Part shown: positions 35,105-44,428 of the stretch, piece by piece | Position numbering within the stretch: position 1 is the first letter of the stretch | How the letters are laid out: the number at the start of each line of letters is the position of its first letter | NCBI GenBank assembly: GCA_964401385.1 | Contig: CAYNYF010000009.1 | Span: 461-64,460 of the forward strand | Reading direction: 5' to 3' | DNA from: an uncultured Planctomycetaceae bacterium | Lineage (GTDB): Bacteria > Planctomycetota > Phycisphaerae > SM23-33 | Length of the DNA stretch: 64,000 bases | The notes under the pieces: generated by a model | What the model was told of the DNA's origin: nothing | Seen by the model: only the letters and a program-made list of their open reading frames with translations | The model's database searches: none | Translations under genes and position numbers: made by a program

Positions 35105-37113
35105 TCGGTCACCTCCGAAAGCATGTCGGCGATTTCGCCTTCGATCTGCTTCAGGTCAGCCTCGATCTCCTCAAGCCGCCTCGGCGGCGTGTACCGGTAG
35201 AAGTAGCGGTTGAAGTTGATCTCATAGCCGACCCGGGTCTTCGACCCGTCCAGCCAGGCGTCTGGCACATGCGGCAGGACCTCCCGCCGCATGTACTCGT
35301 CGATGTCCTCCTTGAGCGGCACGTTCTCGTAGTCCCGCAGTTCGGGATCGGGCTCGGGGTTGCCCTTGGCGTCAGTGCACACCTCGGCGGTCTCGTCGCG
35401 CTCGGCCAGGGCTATGAGGATCGTCTTTTGCAGCGCGGCGGGCACCTTCAGGTCGGCCTTCTTGAACGCGGCCTTCATTTGCTTCGTGAATGCTTCGCGT
35501 TCCTTGACTACGCCCTGCCCGGCGAGCATGCGGAGGGCGGCGAGAATGACCGCCTGCTGCTTACGGCCGGATTCAATCTCGGCCTGGGCGGCCTTGGTGT
35601 CCTTGCGCTTGCGGCTGGTCGCGAGCTTGGCGAACGGCGTGGCCTCGCGGAGGCGGGCCAATCGCGTGTCATCCACAGCGAAGTTAAGCCGCAACGGGCG
35701 TTCCACGGTGATGCGCTGATAGCCGAAATCGGTGTTATCTAAGACGCGGACATGGTCGCCATCGATAAGGCTGCCGTACAAGCGCGTGATCTCGTCGCGC
35801 TGGTCTTCGCAGACCTCGTTGCGCTTGTTGCCAAGGCTCTTGCGCATCTTCTTGAAGAAGCTGGTGGCGTCGACCAGTTGAATCTTGCCCTTTCGGCTGG
35901 GTTCCTTGCGGTTGGTGACGATCCACAGGTAGGTGAAGATGCCGGTGTTGTAGAAGAGCTGGTCAGGCAAGGCGACGATGGCCTCCAACCAGTCGTTCTC
36001 GATGATCCAGCGGCGGATTTCGCTCTCGCCCGAGCCGGCAGCGCCCGTGAACAGCGGGGAGCCGTTGAAGACGATGGCCAGGCGGGTGCCGCCGTCGGCG
36101 GGGTCCTTCATCTTGCTGATCATGTGCTGGAGGAACAGCAGCGACCCGTCGTTGATGCGCGGCAGCCCGGCGCCGAACCGCCCGCCGAAGCCCTGCTCCT
36201 CGTGCTCTCGCTTGATGAAGTCGGCCTCGGGCTTCCACTCCACGCCGAAAGGCGGGTTGGCGAGCATGTAGTCGAACCTATGATGCGGGAAGCGGTCGGC
36301 CGTGAAGCTGTCGCCGAAAGCGATGTGGTCGATGTTCTGGCCCTTGATCATCATGTCCGAGCCGCAGATGGCGTTGGCCTGGGCGTTGTAGTCCTGGCCG
36401 AAGACCTCGAGCTGGGCGTCGGGATTCAGTTCACGGACATAATCCTCGGCAACGGAAAGCATGCCGCCAGTGCCGCAGGCTGGGTCGTAGAGGGTCTTCA
36501 CGATACCCCGCGTGGTCAGCACGTCGCTGTCGGGCATGAACAGCAAGTTGACCATCAGGCGGATGACCTCGCGCGGCGTGAAGTGGTCACCGGCCTCCTC
36601 GTTCGATGCTTCATTGAACCGCCGGATGAGCTCCTCAAAGATGTAGCCCATCTCGATGTTGGGCACGACGTCCGGGTGGAGGTCGATCTGGCAGAAGCGG
36701 GAGACGACCAGGTACAGGCGGTCGGCCTTGTCCAGTCTGGCGATGTGCTCTTCGAAGCCGAACCGCTCGATGATCTCACGGGCGCGCGCGGAGAAGCCCT
36801 TGATGTAGTGGGTCAGGTTGGCCGCGATGTTGTTCGGGTCGCCCTTAAGCTTCTCGAAGGTGAAGCGGCTGGTGTTGTAGAAGGGCACGCCCGTGACGCG
36901 GCAGAGGATGGGCTCAACGTTCTTGACCTTGCCGCCCTGAAGCTTCTTCTGCCGTTCGAGGACCTTCTCTTTCGTGGGCTCCAGCACGCAGTCGAGGCGG
37001 CGCAAGATGGTCAGCGGCAGCATGACGTCCTTGTATTGGTTCGGCCGGTACGGCCCGCGCAGCAGATCGGCGACGGACCAGATGAAGCTGACCTTCTCGC
37101 CGAAATTGTTCAT
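35101..37113 (-). CDS. hsdM: Type I R-M methyltransferase subunit (m6A)
   Basis: FIWSVADLLRG, HFTPREVI, YDPACGTGGML, ANPPFG, GYEINFNRYFY. Confidence 0.95.
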   Translation of the reverse strand: MNNFGEKVSFIWSVADLLRGPYRPNQYKDVMLPLTILRRLDCVLEPTKEKVLERQKKLQGGKVKNVEPILCRVTGVPFYNTSRFTFEKLKGDPNNIAANLTHYIKGFSARAREIIERFGFEEHIARLDKADRLYLVVSRFCQIDLHPDVVPNIEMGYIFEELIRRFNEASNEEAGDHFTPREVIRLMVNLLFMPDSDVLTTRGIVKTLYDPACGTGGMLSVAEDYVRELNPDAQLEVFGQDYNAQANAICGSDMMIKGQNIDHIAFGDSFTADRFPHHRFDYMLANPPFGVEWKPEADFIKREHEEQGFGGRFGAGLPRINDGSLLFLQHMISKMKDPADGGTRLAIVFNGSPLFTGAAGSGESEIRRWIIENDWLEAIVALPDQLFYNTGIFTYLWIVTNRKEPSRKGKIQLVDATSFFKKMRKSLGNKRNEVCEDQRDEITRLYGSLIDGDHVRVLDNTDFGYQRITVERPLRLNFAVDDTRLARLREATPFAKLATSRKRKDTKAAQAEIESGRKQQAVILAALRMLAGQGVVKEREAFTKQMKAAFKKADLKVPAALQKTILIALAERDETAEVCTDAKGNPEPDPELRDYENVPLKEDIDEYMRREVLPHVPDAWLDGSKTRVGYEINFNRYFYRYTPPRRLEEIEADLKQIEGEIADMLSEVTE

Positions 37114-37304
37114 CGCCGTGCCCTCTTCTCCGGGTGCTGCTTCAGCCACTCGTCGATGGCCTCCTTGTGGAAGCGCCACCGTTTACCCACCTTCTGGCCG
37201 GGCAGCCTGCCGTCGTGGACCAGCTTGTACAGCGTCGAACGCGAAATCTTCAGATACTCCGCCAGGGCCTCGATGGTCATGATGTCGTCGGATGGTCCTG
37301 CCAT
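37110..37304 (-). CDS. Excisionase-like HTH_17 DNA-binding protein heading the R-M operon
   Basis: IMTIEALAEYLKISRSTLYKLV..LPGQKVGKRWRF; GAGGAG RBS; ATGA coupling to hsdM. Confidence 0.88.
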   Translation of the reverse strand: MAGPSDDIMTIEALAEYLKISRSTLYKLVHDGRLPGQKVGKRWRFHKEAIDEWLKQHPEKRARR

Positions 37305-37579
37305 GGACAACTCCTCGGCCACCCCGGATCGCCTTATAGAACGTCTGCGCGGTATTGTCCGTATTTGGCGAATTTTCGCAAGAGGAATCCACTCTGGCGC
37401 TTCCTGGCGGCAGCATGGTCAGCGCGCTGTACTACCCGCGCGGCCGAGCTTTCTGCCCGGCGGGGAGAGCATCCCCGTTCGAACGGGCCGCCCAAGGAAA
37501 GCCAGGACCCCCTGTCGCTAGACCCCCGGGAATGTGCTCAACAGCGGTGCTCGTGGCCCCTGCGAGGGGCAGACACGAG

Positions 37580-37978
37580 TCATCGTGCCCGGCCTAATGT
37601 CCGCTTCCAGGCCTCTCGCTGCTTACGCCAATCGACGATGGCCGTGACCGGCCGGAGATGGCGCTCCGTGACTGCGTCATGGCCCGATTCAACCGGCGGG
37701 AGGTGGAGCAGTTCCTCCTGGATGTCGGGGGCGAGGTGCAGCAGGTTCATGATCTGCGTCATGCGCGGCTGGGTGACGTGCGTCAGGCGGGCGAGTTCGG
37801 AAAGGTCGGAGACCTTGCCCTCCCGCAGCAGGCGGTCGAAGCGGATGGCCAGGGCCATGAGCTTGCTGACGCGGGGGACACGGCCTGCGGGCCCTGACGT
37901 ATCGGGCGGCGGGCCGGGCTTGGCGATCTTCCGGCCGGACTTCATGGCGAAATGTATCTGTTTCGTCACGGTTGGCAT
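37580..37978 (-). CDS. Recombinase-associated small HTH protein
   Basis: RVPRVSKLMALA...SELARLTHVTQPRMTQIMNLLHLAPDIQE; overlaps the recombinase end. Confidence 0.75.
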   Translation of the reverse strand: MPTVTKQIHFAMKSGRKIAKPGPPPDTSGPAGRVPRVSKLMALAIRFDRLLREGKVSDLSELARLTHVTQPRMTQIMNLLHLAPDIQEELLHLPPVESGHDAVTERHLRPVTAIVDWRKQREAWKRTLGRAR

Positions 37979-39549
37979 ACGGCGGCCTCCTCGGTGTACT
38001 TCATCAGGGCTCGGATGTTCGTTGGGTGGAAGGTGACGGACACAGTACCGGCCTCCCCGTCGTACTCAACGGCCGACAGGAGCAGATTCAACATGCGGGC
38101 CTGTTCGCGGGGAGCCAGGCTCTCCCACAGGCCGTCGAAGTCGGCGAAGGCCTCCTCAGCCTCAGCCTTCGAGATGGTCTGGCCCTCCAACTCAGCAATC
38201 CGCGCCTCCATCTCCGGCACACGCCGGTCGGCGTCCGACATGCGTTCGTGTAGGTCGGCCATCCGAGCGGTCGCATCGGAGCTCGTCTCGCCGGCGAGGG
38301 CCAGTTGCTGAAGCTCGTGGTGGTGGCGCTTCCTTTCTCGCTGGGTGTCCTTGAGATCGCGGCGGACGGCCGCCAGTTCGGCCTCGATGGCGGCGTCGGC
38401 CTCGCCGACGACCCGGGCCAGCAGGTCTGCGTCGCTGGCCAGGGCGCGTACCTCGTCGACCACCACACGCTCGATCTCGGCAGCGGGCAGCGTGCCCGCG
38501 GGGCAGGTGTCGTGGCCCTTCTTGATGGCGCTGGTGCAGCGGTAGTAGCGATAGAACCTGCCGCGGCCGTTACCGCTGAATGTGTGGGTCATCGCGGAAC
38601 CGCAGCACTTGCACCTCAGCAGGCCGCGCAGCAGCGCCCCGTACTTGTTGCGAGCCCCCGCGCCTCCGGCGCGCCCATTGAGCTTGAGCCGCTTCCGAAC
38701 CTGGTCGAACAGGTCCTGGTCGATGATCGCTTCGTGCTCGCCCTCATACAGCTCGCCCTTGTGACGCGTCTTCCCGGTGTAGACCGGGTTGGTCAGCAGG
38801 ACGTACAGCGATGACTTGTCGAACGGCCGGCCACCGAGCTTCTTGCCCTTCCTGGTGATGCGGCGCTTGTTCACCCAGCCCCGTCGGGCGAGCTCTTTCA
38901 CCACTGGCAGCAGCGACTCGCTCACGAGATACAGGCGGAACATCTCGCGGACGCGGGCCGCTTCCTTGGCGTTGACTACCAGCCGCGGGCTCGGGCCGGT
39001 TCGGTCGACGTCGTAGCCCAGCACGGGCATGCCGCCGATCCACTTGCCCTTGCGGGCCTGGGCGGCAAGCTTGTCCCGGATGCGTTCGCCGATGATCTCA
39101 CGCTCGAACTGGGCGAAGGACAGCAGGATGTTCAGCGTCAGGCGGCCCATCGAGTGGGTTGTGTTGAACTGCTGGGTGACGGACACGAACGACACGCCGT
39201 GCCGCTCGAACGTCTCCATGATCTTGGCGAAGTCCAGCAGCGACCGGCTAAGGCGGTCCACCTTGTAGACGACGACGCAGTCGACCTCGCCCCGCGCGAT
39301 GGCCCGCAGCAGCCGTTCCACGGCCGGGCGGTCCATGTTGCCCCCGGAGAAGCCGCCATCGTCGTAGCGGTCTGGGAGGGCCTCCCAGCCTTCGGCCTTC
39401 TGGCTGACGATGAAGGCCTCGGCGGCTTCCCGCTGGGCGTCGAGGGAGTTGAAGTCCTGGTCCAGGCCTTCCTCGGTGCTCTTGCGGGTGTAGATCGCAC
39501 AGCGGACGGCTGCCTTGCCCGGCTTGGCGTTCTTCGTGCCCCGTGTCAT
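37966..39549 (-). CDS. Large serine recombinase (integrase)
   Basis: AIYTRKS catalytic Ser, DGGFSG, DRLSR, recombinase domain NPVYTG, Zn ribbon CKCCG...YYRC, coiled coil. Confidence 0.95.
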   Translation of the reverse strand: MTRGTKNAKPGKAAVRCAIYTRKSTEEGLDQDFNSLDAQREAAEAFIVSQKAEGWEALPDRYDDGGFSGGNMDRPAVERLLRAIARGEVDCVVVYKVDRLSRSLLDFAKIMETFERHGVSFVSVTQQFNTTHSMGRLTLNILLSFAQFEREIIGERIRDKLAAQARKGKWIGGMPVLGYDVDRTGPSPRLVVNAKEAARVREMFRLYLVSESLLPVVKELARRGWVNKRRITRKGKKLGGRPFDKSSLYVLLTNPVYTGKTRHKGELYEGEHEAIIDQDLFDQVRKRLKLNGRAGGAGARNKYGALLRGLLRCKCCGSAMTHTFSGNGRGRFYRYYRCTSAIKKGHDTCPAGTLPAAEIERVVVDEVRALASDADLLARVVGEADAAIEAELAAVRRDLKDTQRERKRHHHELQQLALAGETSSDATARMADLHERMSDADRRVPEMEARIAELEGQTISKAEAEEAFADFDGLWESLAPREQARMLNLLLSAVEYDGEAGTVSVTFHPTNIRALMKYTEEAAVCQP

Positions 39550-40049
39550 CGCTGCGTCCCAAGCCTGAAGAAGCGGTAGCCGTTGATGTGGCTGCCTGTG
39601 ATGGTTTTGGCCACGGCCGTCAGCGTCCGGTAACGGTCGCCCTCGTACTCGAAGTCGTCATCGAGCACGACCACGCGGTGCTTGCGGCCTTTGTACTCGC
39701 GGACGATGGCCGAGCCGGGCGTGGGAAGGCGGGGGTCTCTGGGCTTGGCCTCGCCGGCAGCGATGGGCCTCGTGACCGTCACCTCGTTACCCGTCTGCGG
39801 CGGGCAGACCATCGTGGGCGGGGCCATGACCCGGACCTCGGCGTCGTTGGCCAGATCGGCGGCCCGCCTACGGGCTCGTTCGGACAGGTCGCCCTCGGCG
39901 TTCGCCTGGATGCGCCAGGCGATCTTGCGGACGAGGTAGGCCCGGTGGCGCGTGCGGCACGGCTGGCCGTGGAGCTGCTCGTACCGCTCGGCCAGCTCGC
40001 ACGTGGCCATGCCGTCCAGGGCGGCGATTTGCGTCGCGACGTTGTTCAT
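39546..40049 (-). CDS. DUF2924 domain protein
   Basis: YLVRKIAWRIQA..EGDLS; PGSAIVREYKG...YRTLTAVAKTITGSHINGYRFFRL. Confidence 0.88.
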   Translation of the reverse strand: MNNVATQIAALDGMATCELAERYEQLHGQPCRTRHRAYLVRKIAWRIQANAEGDLSERARRRAADLANDAEVRVMAPPTMVCPPQTGNEVTVTRPIAAGEAKPRDPRLPTPGSAIVREYKGRKHRVVVLDDDFEYEGDRYRTLTAVAKTITGSHINGYRFFRLGTQR

Positions 40050-40091
40050 TCGTGTGGCTCCTTTCGTCAAGGTTCACCGAGACGCGGCCCG

Positions 40092-40301
40092 TTAACGCGC
40101 GGGTCGCGGAGCCACACTGAGCCTCGACGCCGTGGGACGCTCAAGCTCGTTCCGGCAAGCTTCTGAAACTGTTTTGGCGGCCTCCGGAGGGCCTGTTTGG
40201 CCTGCCCGCAAGCGTCGGAGCAGCCCCTGGGCGAGGATGCTCGCGATCTCGTCGCGGCGCTCTTCGGTGGTCATGCTCTCGGGGTCGGCGATGGCAACCA
40301 T
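40092..40301 (-). CDS. Small hypothetical protein of the DUF2924/recombinase module
   Basis: PESMTTEERRDEIASILAQGLLRR; AGGAG RBS. Confidence 0.7.
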   Translation of the reverse strand: MVAIADPESMTTEERRDEIASILAQGLLRRLRAGQTGPPEAAKTVSEACRNELERPTASRLSVAPRPAR

Positions 40302-40334
40302 GCGTGTGCTCCTGATGGCGATTCCGTTAGTCCT

Positions 40335-40372
40335 CTATGGGTTACCTATGCCGTTGGCGGGTGGGCGGTCCG
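40335..40372 (-). promoter_or_regulatory. Conserved bipartite motif copy 3
   Basis: CTATGGGTTACCTATGCCG-N11-GCGGTCCG; ends 33 nt before the 40301 start. Confidence 0.75.
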
Positions 40373-40664
40373 CCTTCGTTCACCAGCCGAAGAGCGTTGG
40401 GCGATGCTTGCGAGCGCAATCCCCCCTTTGTTCATGGCCGGAGCGCAGAACGCGGCTATAACCGGAGCCTACGTCTCTGACGGGTGAAGAGAGACTTTCG
40501 GCCAAAAGGGGCCGAGAAGCTCGCCGGGATGGCGTCAGCGGTTATCGCTGGCGGTGGAAGAGAGACGAAGGCCGAGCGGGGCGTGGGCGGCAGAACCCTT
40601 GCAGACGGGGCCAAAAAGGCGAGAACGCCGTCGAGGTCTCTCGGCGGCGTTCTCCGTTAACAGC

Positions 40665-40691
40665 AGGGCCGCTGCGTTTTGCAGCGGCCCT
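40665..40691 (-). terminator. Hairpin directly downstream of the tRNA (terminator-like)
   Basis: AGGGCCGCTGC-GTTTT-GCAGCGGCCCT perfect 11-bp stem; no clear U-tract; a second hairpin lies at 40621-40654. Confidence 0.5.
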
Positions 40692-40696
40692 CGAAG

Positions 40697-40770
<74 letters not shown>

Positions 40771-40783
40771 GTCGTTACGCGCC

Positions 40784-40812
40784 ATAGTAGATCAGCCGGC
40801 AATGCCTGTCAA
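40784..40812 (-). promoter_or_regulatory. Sigma70 promoter of the tRNA
   Basis: TTGACA-N17-TACTAT followed by a GC-rich discriminator. Confidence 0.8.
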
Positions 40813-40968
40813 GGATTTTCTGAGAGGGGAAAAGCGCCGCAGCCTCGCCGCCACAATCCAGGTGGAATTCGGTTCCCGGCCGGAGATTATCGCAGCCCGG
40901 CCGGTCGTCCGCTCGGCGGCAAGGTGATTCGCACCGCACGGCCGGACCCAGGCTTCGGCCGAACGGTG

Positions 40969-40996
40969 TTGCCCGTGCCGCCCAAATCGGTATGAT
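40969..40996 (+). promoter_or_regulatory. Sigma70-like promoter upstream of the PFK gene
   Basis: TTGCCC-N16-TATGAT. Confidence 0.45.
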
Positions 40997-41063
40997 GGTG
41001 AAATTCTGCGGCCAAAGCAGTTGCCGACGGCCGGCCGCAAGAGCGGGCCGGAAGGAAGCTGAC

Positions 41064-42344
41064 ATGAGTGGAATCACAGGCAAGGCAGTGGTGGCTCAAT
41101 CGGGCGGGCCGACGGCGGTCATCAACGCCAGCGCCGGCGGCGTGATCGAAACCGCCCTGGCGAACAGCTCGACCTTCACCGCCGTGTACGGCGCCCACAA
41201 CGGCATCCTGGGCGTGCTGCGCGAGGAGCTGTTCGACCTGGGCAAGGAAGACCCTCGCCAGATCAAGCTGCTGAGCCGCTCGCCCAGCGCGGCGTTGGGC
41301 TCCTGCCGATACAAGCTCAAGAGCCTGGAGGCCAGCCGTGCCGATTACGAGCGGATTCTGGAGGTCTTCAGGGCCCACGACGTGCGCTTCTTCTTCTACA
41401 TCGGCGGGAACGATTCGATGGACACGGCGGACAAGCTCGTCACCCTGGCGGGCGAGACGGGCTACGAAATGGTCGTCGTGGGGGTGCCCAAGACAATCGA
41501 CAACGATCTGGCCTACACCGATCACTGCCCCGGGTATGGCTCGGTGGCCAAGTACACGGCGACGACGGCCATGGAGGCCGGCCGCGACACCGAGTCGCTG
41601 TACACGCACGACACGACCACGGTCATGGAAGTGATGGGGCGCAACGCCGGCTGGATCGCGGCCTCCGCGGGGCTGGCCAGGCGAAGCCCGGAAGACGCCC
41701 CGCACCTGATCTATCTGCCGGAGGTGCCGTTCTCGAAGGAGCAGTTCGTCGCGGACGTCAAGGGCTGCATGGCGGAGTTCGGCCGCTGCTTCATCGTGGC
41801 CGGCGAGGGCATTCGCGACGCCGACGGAAACAACATTGCCGAGGTCGGCGGCTCGTTCGCCAAGGACGCGTTCGGGCATACGCAGTTGGGCGGCGCCGGG
41901 CAGGCGCTTCGGATGGTGGTGGAGAGCGAGGTGGGCGTGAAGTGCCGCTATAACAACGCCGGCACGAGCCAGCGGAACGCGCGGCACTTTGCCTCCGGCG
42001 CGGACGTGGCCGAGGCGCACATGGCCGGCGCGGCGGCGGTGGAGGCGGCGCTGGCCGGCACCACCAGCAAAATGGTCTCGCTGGTTCGCCAGGACGACGG
42101 CGGGCGCTACCGCTGCACCACGGGACTGGTGGACCTGGCGGACGTGGCCAACGCGGAAAAGCCGGTGCCGCGCGAATACGTCAACGAAGCCGGCAACGGC
42201 GTGACCGAGGCCTTCCTGGAATACGCCCGGCCGCTGATCGCCGGCACCGCCGAGCTGGAGATGGGCGCCGACGGCCTGCCCATCTATGCCCGTCTTGCCA
42301 GGCACTGGGTGGAGAAGAAGACCGGCCGGGACTACCGCACCTGA
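41064..42344 (+). CDS. pfp: Phosphofructokinase, probably PPi-dependent
   Basis: QSGGPT, GGNDSMDT (Asp) with PKTIDND (Lys) signature of PPi-PFKs, EVMGRNAGW. Confidence 0.88.
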   Translation: MSGITGKAVVAQSGGPTAVINASAGGVIETALANSSTFTAVYGAHNGILGVLREELFDLGKEDPRQIKLLSRSPSAALGSCRYKLKSLEASRADYERILEVFRAHDVRFFFYIGGNDSMDTADKLVTLAGETGYEMVVVGVPKTIDNDLAYTDHCPGYGSVAKYTATTAMEAGRDTESLYTHDTTTVMEVMGRNAGWIAASAGLARRSPEDAPHLIYLPEVPFSKEQFVADVKGCMAEFGRCFIVAGEGIRDADGNNIAEVGGSFAKDAFGHTQLGGAGQALRMVVESEVGVKCRYNNAGTSQRNARHFASGADVAEAHMAGAAAVEAALAGTTSKMVSLVRQDDGGRYRCTTGLVDLADVANAEKPVPREYVNEAGNGVTEAFLEYARPLIAGTAELEMGADGLPIYARLARHWVEKKTGRDYRT

Positions 42345-42481
42345 CGTGTCGAGGTCCGGCCCCGGAGACGCCAAGGCCAGGCCGAAGGTTGGGCGTGGGC
42401 CGGTGGGCGCGGCCGTTAGACTGGAATGGAAGCCGGCATGGGCCGGCGGAACGAGCGAGAAGGACCTGACGGAAAAGGTAC

Positions 42482-43993
42482 ATGCTTCGCTTCGACGCGT
42501 ATCATAATGGAGCCCCGGCCGAGCGGATTGACCTGTCCGGCGCATACGTCTTCGCCCAGGACAACATCCCCGTGCAGGCGGACCTGGCCGCCGGGAAAGG
42601 GCAGATTTCGTGCATGAAGCGAACGGCCGGAGCGTGCGGGCTTGCGCTGCTGTGGGACGCGGGCGAGCCGGGCAGACTGCTGCTGCCGACGACGCGGCTG
42701 CCGGACCGGAAGACCTCCTATAACCTCAACGTGGAGCTGGCCCGCTCGCGGGTGATGCACCTGCTGCAAAAGCGGGAGGACTGGGGGCTGTTCGACTACG
42801 AGGAAGCCAGGCCGCTGAACGACGAGTTCGAGCAGGTTCGCCACCTGTTCGTGGAGTCGCTCAAGTGTGACGTTCCGGGCGAGGCCGCGAAGCTGGCGGA
42901 CACGGCCCTGGCCGCGGCTATCACCCTGGGCGAGAAGACGGCATTGTTTCACGCCGACGCATTTCTGCGGCGCCGGCGGCAGATGACCGCGGCCAACCGC
43001 GTGGGCTTCGGCTGCGTGGTTGACCTGCTCAACGGGCAGGACCGCTACCGCGGGCGGCTCTCGGAGGTGTGTGACTTCATCGCCGTTCCCACCGGCTGGA
43101 AGAGGCTGGCCCCCAGGGAGCGGGCGTACCAGTGGGAGCACGTCGACGACTGGGTCAACTGGGCCGTGACCCATCGCCGCGGCATCCACGCCGGGCCGCT
43201 GGTGAGTTTCGACCCGGACGAGGTGCCCGAGTGGCTGTACATCTGGGAGCACGACTACGACGCCCTGCGCGACCTGATCTACGAGCACCTGCGGCGGGTG
43301 GTGCGGCGGTACGAGCGGAAGGTCCGGCTGTGGAAGGTGGTCTCGGGCCTGAACGCCTACAACAGCTTCAACCTGAGTTTTGAGCAGATCATGGAGCTGA
43401 CGCGGATGAGCTGTTCGGTGGTCAAGCGGCTGGCCCCGCGCTCGACGGTGCTGATCGACCTGGTGTTGCCCTGGGGGGAGTACTACGCCCGCAACCAGCG
43501 GACCATTCCGCCGCTGCTGTTCGCGGACATGGCCGTGCAAAGCGGGATCAAGTTCGACGGCTTCGGCGTGCAGATTTGCCTGGGGGCGCCGCGCGACGGC
43601 ATGTTCGTTCGCGACCTGCTGCAAATCTCGGCGCTGCTGGACGAGTTCGTGGGCTTTGGCATGCCTCTGCACATCACCGGTGTGCAGGTGCCCTCCTCCT
43701 CCGCCGCCCCCGCCGGCCGGGCCGGGCACTGGCACGCAAACTGGAATCAGCGCCTCCAGGCCGAGTGGCTCCAGGCCTTCGCCCGGGTGGCCATTTCCAA
43801 ACCGTTCCTGGAAAGCCTCTGCTGGCGCGACCTGATCGACGACCGGGGCCACGCCCTGCCCAACGGGGGCCTGTGCAAGGAGAACCTGCAAGGCAAGCTG
43901 GCCTTTCGGGAGCTTCGGAATTTCCGGGCGCAACTGCTGGCGGGCGAGGACGGCGCGATCGGCCAGCCGCCGGGGAGCGGGCCCGAGGAATGA
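42482..43993 (+). CDS. GH10-like TIM-barrel protein, catalytic residues apparently altered
   Basis: WKRLAP...YQWEHVDDWVNWA..HAGPLV; WKVVSG and LHITGV where WDVVNE and ITELD are expected. Confidence 0.7.
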   Translation: MLRFDAYHNGAPAERIDLSGAYVFAQDNIPVQADLAAGKGQISCMKRTAGACGLALLWDAGEPGRLLLPTTRLPDRKTSYNLNVELARSRVMHLLQKREDWGLFDYEEARPLNDEFEQVRHLFVESLKCDVPGEAAKLADTALAAAITLGEKTALFHADAFLRRRRQMTAANRVGFGCVVDLLNGQDRYRGRLSEVCDFIAVPTGWKRLAPRERAYQWEHVDDWVNWAVTHRRGIHAGPLVSFDPDEVPEWLYIWEHDYDALRDLIYEHLRRVVRRYERKVRLWKVVSGLNAYNSFNLSFEQIMELTRMSCSVVKRLAPRSTVLIDLVLPWGEYYARNQRTIPPLLFADMAVQSGIKFDGFGVQICLGAPRDGMFVRDLLQISALLDEFVGFGMPLHITGVQVPSSSAAPAGRAGHWHANWNQRLQAEWLQAFARVAISKPFLESLCWRDLIDDRGHALPNGGLCKENLQGKLAFRELRNFRAQLLAGEDGAIGQPPGSGPEE

Positions 43994-44427
43994 CCTCTCC
44001 GGCGCGCCAACGCGTCTCGCTGCGGTGGCGGCGCGACGACTGCGTCGCCCTGGTGGTGCTCGTCGGCGCCTGGGGGGCCTACCTGGTCTGGGCGGGCGCC
44101 GCGGGCGGCGGGCTCCTGGGCGGGGCGGTCGCCACCGACCCGCACAAGATCGACCTCGTCCGCGAGCGGATCGACCCCAACACGGCGACGGCGGCGTCGC
44201 TGCGGCGGCTGTCCATGATCGGCCCGGAGAAGGCAAAGGCGATCGTCGATTACCGCCGGGCGGAGGCCCCGGCCGGCGGGCGGGCGTTTCATTTTGTCGA
44301 GGACCTCCAGGACGTTCCTGGTATCGGCCCCGGCATCGTCGCCCGGGTCCGCGATTTCGTGACCTTGCCCCGGCTCGACCCGGCCGCGCTTCCGGCCGGC
44401 GGGCGACCGGCAGGCACGGGCCGGTGA
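43990..44427 (+). CDS. ComEA-like helix-hairpin-helix protein
   Basis: TM segment, IDPNTATAASLRRLSMIGPEKAKAIVDYR, DLQDVPGIGP. Confidence 0.85.
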   Translation: MTSPARQRVSLRWRRDDCVALVVLVGAWGAYLVWAGAAGGGLLGGAVATDPHKIDLVRERIDPNTATAASLRRLSMIGPEKAKAIVDYRRAEAPAGGRAFHFVEDLQDVPGIGPGIVARVRDFVTLPRLDPAALPAGGRPAGTGR

Positions 44428-44428
44428 G

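Larger units (their letters stand above)
1..40696. mobile_element. Prophage (lambda-like portal/gpA-type terminase, serine recombinase) adjacent to tRNA-fMet; left end lies outside the window
   Basis: Contiguous head, terminase, replication, sigma, defence cargo and recombinase genes, almost all on the minus strand, ending at a tRNA 3' end; housekeeping genes resume beyond the tRNA. Exact att boundary not determined. Confidence 0.9.

Noticed and set aside
37366-37381. GCGAA-TT-TTCGC palindrome upstream of the HTH-hsdM genes as an operator
   Set aside because: Only 5-bp arms and a single copy; cannot be distinguished from chance.
1844-40372. The 38-bp motif as attL/attR sites
   Set aside because: Three internal copies, a variable central spacer and consistent placement before gene starts fit a promoter/operator better; not fully excluded.
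1-40696. Reverse transcriptase, DGR or retron in the prophage
   Set aside because: No RT motifs or template/variable repeat pair noticed.
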